Source: Spirogloea muscicola
Taxonomy: Eukaryota
Assembly (NCBI GenBank): GCA_009602725.1
Contig: WELB01000002.1
Coordinates: 2,013,912-2,033,911, forward strand
Length of the DNA stretch: 20,000 bases
Direction of reading: 5' to 3'
The translations under genes were made by a program, and so were the position numbers. The notes beneath the pieces were generated by a model. That model did no database searches, had not been told where the DNA came from, and saw only the letters and a list, made by a program, of their open reading frames with translations. Shown in pieces: positions 1-8,941 of this stretch (position 1 is its first letter; every line of letters begins with the position of its first letter).

Positions 1-407
1 TGATTCTTGCGGTGCCTAACAATCTCATCTGCAGCCTGACTGACAGTGTTGTGTTTCTGCCTGACGCTTCTTCCTATGTGGCAGGTGATTTACGCCACTG
101 ATCGTGCCCCTCTCCTCCATTAGCCCTTCCCCTGCAGAGTATCTCACCTCTGTTGATTCTGCTGCCAGTGAGTGTAGCCGTGTGGATGTGAGCTTGTTCT
201 CAACGACAGCTCTTGCAGAGTGGCTCCTCCTCAAGTGAAGCCTGCAGTAAGCAGGCCACCTACTACCGCCCAGGGTGGATGACAAAAACAACCACCCTCC
301 TACACCCTACCCTTTAACATTCTGTGCTGCAGAAATTGCAGTCACTGGCATGTTTCCAGCAAGAAGAGCTCTTTAGCAAGTGGGCAGCAAGTGATTGCTG
401 AAGTGTC

Positions 408-805
408 ATGGCTACCGTGCAGATGCCACCTCCCAGAGCACCGACAGCTGCCCTGTCTTCTACGTCAATGAGTGCACCTCCACCTCGGCCAGGTGCTGGT
501 GTCACTGCTCCGCCCATCTCTTTCACCACCAGTCAACCCAGCAAAGGCATCAATGAAGACGGCTCCACAGCAAAGCAAGGTATGCCTGCATGTACTTTTG
601 TGAAAATGGTTAGCCTACAGGCCAGGCGGGAGCAAGTGCTCCGATGTTTGTCTTTTGCTTGAGCAACATAACAAGTAGCTTGCAAGGTTGCTCAAACGTT
701 TAGGGTTGTGTCAGTGCTTGAGCAAGTCCATTCAGATCTTTAACAGGACTCCAGCTAGTAGACTACGGCGAGGAGGACGAGGATTCCACTGGCCAACCTG
801 CCTGA
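408..805 (+). CDS. 3' exons of a Pro-rich protein ending ...GLQLVDYGEEDEDSTGQPA*; possibly RIK/KHDC4-like (5' part lies upstream and is unresolved)
   Basis: Pro-rich frame 408-579 (QMPPPRAPTAALSSTSMSAPPPRP...). Donor G|GTATG at 580 and acceptor AACAG| at 746 give an in-frame last exon 747-805 ending in TGA. An LV(D/E)YG plus acidic tail recalls plant RIK C-termini, from memory only. Confidence 0.55.
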
Positions 806-1222
806 CATTTTAGATGTAGACTCTGACCTCTCTTGCGAAAAGCTTAGGCCACAAAAAGCAATAGTCTAGAATGTCACAATTTTACTTCCTTCCCTGTCAG
901 AATTATTGCACATAATCATTTGCCATTGGATGCGCTTATTGCGCATAATGTTGCTACTATCTGCATCATATCTTGTGCTTCACCTGTCCAGTACCAACAC
1001 TACTTAGTTGACAGAGATGTGACTTTTGCTTTCAATTCTGAGGTAACAGTTGCGCAAGTTTTACTTTACTGTGAAGAGTGGCAGCTTGCATTCTTGTCAT
1101 TCCCACTATTCCTGTGTACAAGCATGTCCTTCTAATTACCTTCAGAAATTCGAACAGTTATGGGCAGAGGGCAAGGAGAGAGTGTTGCAATTCGTTTGAT
1201 TTGAACGCCTGAGCGTTGAAGA

Positions 1223-4200
1223 TCACAAGCGGTGCATCGTGTGCCACTCTCCTTTGCTCATAGACCTCAGCAATCCTCGCTCTTTCTCCTTGGCTATTGT
1301 GGTATCAGATCCGCCGTAGTCATGGCCTGGATAGACCCTGCACTTCAATACACTACTTTGATGAGGTGCATCAAGGTTCAGGTTAGCTTCACATTATGCA
1401 TATTGTGCTAAATGGATGATAGAGCAGTCACGCTGCACCCACACATAAAAGACATTGGCATGTGCAAGTTTTGCCTGCTGGAAGTCATTCAAGTGAAGCT
1501 CCAAGAAATTAACATAATGGTGCTCCCAGCAAAATATTGTCGCAGGAAGGTACCTTGTGCTATTAGGGAGAGAAGCCAACACTGTTTGCAGACTCCTGTA
1601 CATTGCTGATGTATCACAATCTGGCAAGTCCAGCCTCCCGCAGCTACAGCCGAACAAGGATACTGAAGCCTTAGTATCATGCGCAAGGGCCATCACAAGT
1701 GGATACATGCAACCATGATGATGTCGTGGAATCTAGAAGGCCCGCCAGGACGCCCAAGAGGTTGTACCTCCCAATGAAGAGAGTGTCGCCGCTGAGGAGG
1801 ACACCCTCTTGCTGGCCAGGCACACTGTTCGCAAACCCGGCAAACATACATCGTAGTGTGCCTTTGAGGTGGACCTACTTGCTTCTACTTCTGTAACGAT
1901 GTGTTTGTAATGTAACTGCACAACTTGAGATATGAGATTGCGTCTTGGAGCAATGCAGAGAGCACTAACTTCTCAATGTAGACGCACTGGCTTCCAGGCG
2001 TGTGCCCAGGTGTATGCAAAAACTGCAACTGAATATCACCAACTTGCACTGTAGCACCATGCTGCAGAATAGAGGCCACGGACGCACGGCATGACTTAGA
2101 TAAGCTTCATGGAATAAGGCCAGCAATAGAGATGACCAAAGAGATGCCATTCTCAGGTCCGATTCCATGGCCGTAATGACTGACCCCCACAGTATGCAGG
2201 CTTGTAGAAGGGACCAGATTCTTGCACTTGACCGTCTCAGAGTCCCCTTGGTTCACATATACCTGCAGTCATAATGGCCCGGTAAGACATCCCTTTGGCA
2301 AACTTCCTAGATATCTACCATGTCAAGCAAGTCATGTGCATACTCTACATGAGAAACGAATATGCTGAAATGACAAGGAAACGAGGAGTGCCTGTGAACT
2401 ATGAGCATGATCATGCAGTCGAGAGGCAAATGTATCAGGCCCACACTGGCAGATTTGAGCCGGCCACTGCTTCCCGTACACCGGGCACTCTGATTCCCAG
2501 TGCATCAAATGGAGGAGGAGGTAAACCTCCAGTGTGATCAAAGTGGTAATGCGTAACCACTGCTCCCACCTGCAAGATGTCATTAACAATTGTGGTGCCA
2601 TTTTTTAAACACAATGATCAGCACATATCACCACCATCAACATTGTTAATAGTACTTCGAGATTGTCATCATGGCAAATAAAAACTCAAGTCTTGGTGCA
2701 GTACCTCACCACTTTCACTTTTTCAGCTGCTGCATATGCCAGGAGGCCCTGTTTTGACACCTTCAGAATGATGAGCCAGTGCTGGCAAAACCCGCTTGTA
2801 TGAGAATGATTTTGATGAAAGTCACTGCAGCAAATCATGCATGCAAATGTCCTGCATCTTCTTGATAGCTCTGTTTACGCACAACTACAACCTTCAATGA
2901 AGGCAAATATGTATTTACTCGCCTTGACATCCCAGGCCGCATCTACGACCAGCACTTCTCGTGTCCTTGCATCCCCTACCAGGTAGACGAAGTTCTTCAT
3001 CTGCAGTGCAGCGGAAAAGATCTGCGGATAGAGAGATGCTGCATCAGATAATGCACCGACAAGCATGATCACAGGGCACAGCGTGCCAACATGCTGAGCA
3101 TGATTGAGGTCAGCTATGTTGCAGATTTACATAAGGTCTTGCCTGCTGCTCCTCTGCGTTTGTTGGGCTTCTAGCGAAGTCGCGGCCAGGCCTCAGCTGG
3201 ATGTCCATGATATCACAGTGATTAGAGGTGGGTCTCTATGAAGCATGGTGCAGAAAGGATATGCTCTAAAATCATTAAAGCTACCTGCTGGCATAAAGCA
3301 GCCAAGGTCACTCGAGTTTCTCATCTATGGTACTTGGCTACCTGCCTAAAGAAGAATCCCTGCAGTGCCTCCCTCGTCAGCCTTACCATCTTCAGAACTC
3401 CGTCATCATCTGGAAGCTGCATCACAAATCATCACAACCGTCAGCTGCTCAGGCCCAACACATACAACGAACATCGGTTAGTCCCAGTCAAGGAGAGTGC
3501 GTGTGTCCGTCCACATGTGAGTGTGTGTGTGAGTGTGTATATGGGTGTGCGTGTGAGCGCATGTATATGTGAGTGAGTGTGAGAGTGTGAGAGAGCTCGT
3601 GTGTGTGTGCATGTGTGTGTATGAGTGCTCGTATGTGTGTGCGTGCATGTGTGTGCACATATGTGTGCGCGCGCGTGTGTGCTCGTGCGCGCGGCCGTGT
3701 GTGTGTGGGTGTGTGTGTATGTCTGTGTGGGTGTGCGCACACGTGTGTGCGCGTGTGTGCATGCGTGCGTGTGCGTGTGTGTGTGCGTGCGTTCGCGTGC
3801 GTGCGCGTGTGCGTTGCGCATGTGTGTGTGTGTGTGAGTGTGTGGGATTGTGTTTATGTGCGTGTATGTGGTGTGTATGCGCGCGCGCATCTTTGTAAGT
3901 GTCTCATGCAGGCAGTGACTACTCTCACACGGATGCACAGAATTGATGACTCCTTTGCAGGGGGTCTCGTGATCCCCTGCAGACAGCCTGCCCATCTACG
4001 TTCGTGCGTGTGTGTGTATCTGTGTGTTTGTGTCTTAAGCAAGGTATGGCAGCTACTCTCACACATATTCTCAAGAGTCTTGACTCTTCTGCAGGGGACC
4101 TCAATTGATCCCCTGCAAGACAGAATGCCCAAGTACCCTACTAAGTAACTACAAGCGCATCACAAGGGTAATGGACAGAAAGGTCACCAAGTCCAGGGAG

Positions 4201-4995
4201 CGTAGATAAGATGCCTCTGCAGCAGCATACTGTTGCAAGCCAAAGTAAGCCTCTCCGCATCGAAAGTACGCCTGAACACCAGACCAGGCCCTTCACGGGA
4301 GATTAGTGGGAAATCTACTCCTCTTGCAGCCTGGACATGGACAACATTCCGTCCACCATCATCTCTCTTTCGAGCTCCAAAATGACCTGAATTGACCTTT
4401 CGAACGAGGCTGAATACACAGGCACTTTCTGCTGTGTTTAGGGATCTTGCAAACCCACTCAGTAATTTGAATGATTTTCGAATTGCACCTTGTTCCAATC
4501 ACTTTTCTTTGAGACACAGGCCTCTGCCTCCACCAAAGCCTGTCAATATCGGCAGGTAACTGTTTCCCTGTGGTCAGTGATGGAGAAAAGTGGGAAAGGG
4601 GCCGGCGAAGCTCATAATGAACGATGCTGGAGAGCGTAGCTGGTGACCCAGCAGGCCTGCTGTTTCCCGAGGCTGGTGATGGACGCCGTGGTCGCTCACC
4701 TCCTGCGCTTTGCCCTGCTTCAGGAGGGCCAAGGACAGGTTGCTGTGCAGCGCCGCTGCCTCGCCCTCCTGCCCGGGCTGAAGCGCCTCCAAGGCTTGCC
4801 TGCAAGCTGCAAGCCAAGCTACGGCACTGAGACCCAGTCAAGAGCAGCGGCCGAGTGGCGGGAGTTGACGGGCTGGCGGCAGAGGAGATGCTTCAGGAGG
4901 GAGGGAAGCGGGGGGCCCCGCCTGTAGTGCTGCGCGGCGTCGGGGAAGCGGCCGGCCTTGACGGCGGCGTTGCCGGCGGCCTTGAGGGCCTCCAT
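1223..4995 (-). CDS. TPR-repeat + metallo-beta-lactamase (hydroxyacylglutathione hydrolase / glyoxalase II-like) fusion protein, about 376 aa, 14 exons
   Basis: Exons 4995-4922, 4799-4700, 4539-4489, 4271-4188, 3416-3342, 3196-3143, 3021-2923, 2748-2710, 2569-2447, 2262-2185, 2061-1970, 1824-1768, 1643-1554, 1337-1223 join in frame. TPR motifs: LKAAGNAAVKAGRFPDAAQHYRQAL, LHSNLSLALLKQG, WNKAYFRCGEAYFGLQQYAAAEASY. MBL metal motifs: THYHFDH, HTPGHTPGS, SGDTLF, YPGHDY. Confidence 0.92.
3495..3889. repeat. Degenerate (GT/GC)n alternating purine-pyrimidine microsatellite in intron 4 of the TPR-MBL gene
   Basis: About 400 bp of GTGT/GCGT/ATGT runs. It generates the spurious His-Thr and Cys-Val ORFs in the track. 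Confidence 0.95.
3891..3999 (-). ncRNA. Intronic structured element, copy B (H/ACA snoRNA-like candidate)
   Basis: Diverged paralog of copy A with the same TGCAGGGG/CCCCTGCA stem, ANANNA box AAAGGA (3956-3951), conserved GTGTGAGAGTAG, hairpin TGTGCA/TGCATG, then ACA. Confidence 0.4.
4026..4141 (-). ncRNA. Intronic structured element, copy A (H/ACA snoRNA-like candidate)
   Basis: Hairpin TGCAGGGG...CCCCTGCA, ANANNA box AGAAGA (4090-4085), second hairpin (CTTGAG/CTTAAG, TATG/CATA), then ACA. Sense to the host intron. Confidence 0.4.
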
Positions 4996-5140
4996 GACAA
5001 GCGGCCCTCCGGGACGCGCCAATGCCTTGGGCTGGCAGCTAGTAGCCGCCCGGCTGGGCAGACTGGGAGAATTTGGGGCCGCTTTTGGCACCCACGCGAA
5101 GAGAGCCCGCGCGTGGCTCCAAGCTCTGCACATCCTTTTG

Positions 5141-5745
5141 GGCTGGCCTTTCACAGCCACTGCCTTGATCATGGAAAAGCTGTTCATTTCTGAGCTCCAT
5201 CCCCCCCCACCTCCACCACTCCTGAACGGTGTATAGGCTTGATCTGGCCTCCCTCTCATGCGCAACGCGCCCTTCTGCTTTTCTTCCCCAGCTTCTTTGC
5301 GCTAGCTTTTGACAGAACAGTACTTTGGCTTGATGTGGCCTCCTTTCCATGCCCTCCGTTCCATCACACGCTCACCGCGCACCTCCTCTGTTCCTTCCAG
5401 CTTTCTTTCCGGCTGATAACTAGAGATCACTAAGTGCTCATCTTACATAGTACTTTCTTATCACGTATTACAGCTCTTTCTGGCCTCTCAAACCTTGTTT
5501 GTTGTTACTTAGGGCTGGCTTTTCACAGCCCTCGCCCCCTTTGAAAGAGCCCATTTCTCTCTTTCCGGCTGGCCTCAACATTGTACTGCCTCGGCTTGGC
5601 TTCCCGCTACGTGCGCCACGCGCTTTCAGAGGTCACTCAAGTGACCATCCTTTGTGGTACTTGCTTAGTTGTGGGTTTCAGCACTTTCCGGCCCCTTCGG
5701 ACCTTGTCCAGTCATTTCAGGCTGGCTTTTCACGGTCCTCGCCCC
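5141..5745 (+). repeat. Intergenic mosaic of short dispersed repeats, including three GGCTG-GCYTTTCA-CRGYC hairpins
   Basis: Hairpin copies at 5141-5158, 5511-5532 and 5720-5737. GGCTTGAT(C/G)TGGCCTCC occurs twice (about 5236 and 5327). CTTTCCGGC occurs three times. Confidence 0.6.
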
Positions 5746-6370
5746 ACCCCCCGCTTCTCTCTCTCCCTCTCCCCCCCCCTCTCTCCTCCTCCCACCCACA
5801 CACAGGACAGCCCGATGAGCGCACGTGGGCAAAGAACGAGTACTTCATAGACATTGGCAGCGGTTCCTATTATTGTTGGGTCCCACTTCTATGTTAATTA
5901 GTCATCAATCCACAGGGGCAGAGGCCCATCATGTGGGCCTCCTATGACTCTCCCACTCCACACAGAGGCTAACATGCATACACCACACCGTGAGTAGATT
6001 AGATGGACCGCCAAGCTTCACCTCTCTGCTTGACACTGCTGCTGATTGCCCCTTCAAACACCGCTAGTCTTGCACACCCGCGATGCTGCAACTCTCCAGA
6101 CCAGCCCCAGTGGCACCACGTGGCCAGGCACATGCGCCAAGCACATAATCCACGTTTCTCTATTTTGTCCTCCGGCTTGCAATGTCCAGCAACTTTGGAT
6201 GCGATTTCTAATAACGTGGAACAGTCATGGCAGAATTTGCTGAAAGCATATGGCTTCCTTGCAGTGTATCTGTGCCTGTAGCACGTCTTAACAAGGTCAC
6301 CATAACGTCAATGCAAGCCCCTCAAAAGGCTTCAGCACAATCAGCAAGCTACTTCTGTCACTAATCGAGC

Positions 6371-7968
6371 CTAGGCAGCAACCTTAGCAGCTGCGGTGCC
6401 AAAGCGCTTGCGAGCCTCCTCCACAATAGTGAGCTTGATACCCTTGCCCTTAGGCAGCGACACCCATGGCTTGGAGCCCTGTCCGATGGTGAACACATTC
6501 CCTTGCCGAGTCGCAAACTGCTCAGACACGCTCAACCATTGCAACCGAGTCAGAGTCCCGACAACACAGAACAGCACAGCAGATCTCCAAGGGCTGCCAC
6601 ATACTGGTGGCAAGCAGTTTGAAGGGCAGTCAATGACACAGGACAACAATCTGCAGGAGGTTAGAAAATCCAACCTGGTGTCCAACGGCGTCCTTGAGAT
6701 GGATGATGTCGAAGCTTCCCTTGTGCTTCTCACGGTGCTGCCAGACACAGACACTGACTTTTGTTCAAATCAGGGAGAGTAGCAGTAAGAGGACTGTTCA
6801 ACTTGTGGCAAGATATGCAGATTCTCAAGCACACGTCAACTCCAGCAAGTGCAGGCAGAGCAGTCTGCGCACCATGATGGTACCAATACGGCCCCTGTTA
6901 CGGCCGCCCGTGGTCATGGCAATGTTGCCAATATCAAACTTGATGAACTCCACGGCTTTTCCAGTCTCCAGATCAACCTTGATAGTGTCGTTGGCCTATC
7001 GCATGAAGGTGACGCAGTTCGAGAAGGTCATAATTTCAAAAACAGATGTCGTACATGAAAGCTCGTTGCTTGAACCAGCATCAAAGAGCATGAAACAAAA
7101 TCAAATGAGCCGCTCAGTGAATGATGAATACCTTGATAAGAGGATCAGGGTAGCGGATGGTCCGCCCATCATAGGTGGTTATATACGGGATTTCCTTCTT
7201 GCCGATTGTGTGAGCTCGCACTCTGCACAGCTTGTACTGCAAATACCACGGAAAGGGTAAGCGTGTGGAGCCAGCTTAAAGAGGCCAGAAAGTACGTGTG
7301 AGAGAGAGGGTGCAACAACTCAAGCTCCATATACCTAGAAACCAAAAATATAATCCTCCAGAGTGTGTTACACACCTTGGCCTCTTCGCCACTGATGCGA
7401 TGAAGCACAAAACGCCCTTTGCTGTCATACAAGAGCCTGAAATGCTCATCTGTCTTCGCGATAGTAATAACGTCTGCACAGCAAGCACCATTCCCATGTC
7501 TGATTCTTCATCACATGGACAGGAAACAGCGGGAGAAGACCACAAATGTACCAACCTCAAGGCACTTCAAAGAGTAACTAGTCCTGCCATGTGCTGAAGA
7601 GTACACTATAATCAAGATGTTGGAAGCCTGGACAATGCCTGCAACACTGCAGTATGTGCAACCACAGCCCACTGCAGCCAAGCTTTTGAGGTCGACGAGC
7701 TGCATGCATTGAAGACCATAAAGCCTGTACAAAGAGCAGCACCGACCAGCGCCTGCACTTGCACAAGCGAGCTACGGAGAAACTCACCCATGAAGCCGGC
7801 GGGGTATGTCTTGTCCGTGCGGACCTTGCCGTCCACTGCAATGAGGCGCTGCATGCAGATGGACATGACCTCCTTGTACGTGAGGGCGTACTTGAGCCTG
7901 TTCCTGAGCATCACCGCCAGGGGCAAGCACTCGCGCTCCTTGTGGGGCCCAGGGGACGGCTTCGGCGC
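6371..7968 (-). CDS. RPS4: 40S ribosomal protein S4 (eS4); the first ~27 codons are absent, presumably inside the gap at 8365
   Basis: Exons 7968-7788, 7473-7376, 7236-7132, 6995-6873, 6737-6675, 6517-6371 translate to [17 protein letters not shown]...RNRLKYALT...[18 protein letters not shown]...[15 protein letters not shown]...[13 protein letters not shown]...FATRQGNVF...[18 protein letters not shown]. Confidence 0.98.
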
Positions 7969-8009
7969 CTGGCAACCATCATTGAGGCGTGCAATCAAGA
8001 TCAGCTCCG

Positions 8010-8150
8010 TGGTGTCCGGACTACTGAGCAGTAGCAGAGCCCGTCAGTGGGCCCGTCGTAACGGAGGACCCTGTAGTCCAGCGTGTTCTGGTTCACTGCG
8101 AGCTGCCAGGGCGAGCATTCCACATGACAGTACACAAAGGGACAGAAGCC
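8010..8150 (-). ncRNA. Box H/ACA snoRNA candidate in an RPS4 intron
   Basis: 141 nt: hairpin 1 (GG.TTC/GAACC, TGTG/CGCA, CTGTCA/TGGCAG), H box AGAACA (8089-8084), hairpin 2 closed by a 9-bp stem CTGGACTAC/GTAGTCCGG, then ACA (8015-8013) plus 3 nt, about 40 nt upstream of the acceptor. Confidence 0.65.
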
Positions 8151-8264
8151 CGTCACAGTCGCCACGCTCACGTCTTCGACGACCCTGCCTCCGACGGCGG
8201 CGGCGGCTGCGAGAGCTCCCTTGGCGAGCCTTGCCACCCGGTTAAGCAAGCCCTCTAAGGCAGA

Positions 8265-8365
<101 letters not shown>

Positions 8366-8615
8366 CCGCCGCCGCCGGTCTTGCAGCACGGTGTGCAGTA
8401 GCAGAGCTGCGAGCAGGCGGGCGGAGGAGACGAGGGGCCCAATTAATAAATGCCTCAGGCGTTCTAGCCGCCGCAACCGCCGCCGCCGTCGCCGCCGCTG
8501 CCGCCGCCGCTGCGGGCGCCAGAGCCGCCGCGTCGAGTACCTGGTACGGCACGGGGTGCTGCGAGTTGACCTCGAACGTGACGGCTTGGCAGTGGCAGGA
8601 CCCCTCGAGCAGCAT
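8366..8615 (-). CDS. GFA / CENP-V (Mss4-like) family protein, 5' part only, truncated by the gap
   Basis: Exon 1 8615-8541 MLLEGSCHCQAVTFEVNSQHPVPYQ, GT-AG intron 8540-8407, exon 2 8406-8366 LCYCTPCCKTGGG. This gives the GxCxC...CxCxxC zinc motif of the GFA family. Confidence 0.85.
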
Positions 8616-8941
8616 CTTCCGCACGGCGACGGCGGAGGTGGCGGCGGCGGCGGCGGCGGCGGCGGAGGTCGCGGCCGCGCGGCGGGCGGGGTTGGGTTGG
8701 GGGTTGGGGGTTTAGAGGGATCGCGGGGTTGGGCGCTCCCGTTCCGTCAAACGCCCCCCAGGGGGTGCCCTTGCCAGCCGACGCTCGATGGCGCCATCCG
8801 ACGGACGCGATGCGCCCCGCCAAGCGACGCCGCCCCGGCTAGACGGCGCGCGTGGCCGGGAAGCCTCCGGTAAGAGGCCCTCCTCCGACGAAGCCTCGCC
8901 CTGCCTGCAGCTCCCAGACCAGTCGGCCCGCCGCCGCCGCT
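8616..8941. promoter_or_regulatory. GC-rich divergent (bidirectional) promoter region between the GFA gene and WDR12
   Basis: Only 326 bp separate the two head-to-head ATGs; CpG-rich. Confidence 0.55.

Noticed and set aside
3918..3931. 5S rRNA-like GAGAGTAG motif in the duplicated elements
   Set aside because: Only an 8-9 nt match; the rest of the 5S sequence and structure is absent.
3441..4148. His/Thr- and Cys/Val-rich ORFs
   Set aside because: They are translations of the intronic microsatellite.
5718..5760. HDV-like ribozyme around GGTCCTCGCC
   Set aside because: No P1 partner, P1.1 GG or J4/2 can be assembled.
5805..5845. Hammerhead-like CCGATGAG...CAAAG
   Set aside because: The CTGATGA and GAAA core residues are not intact and stems I and III cannot be formed.
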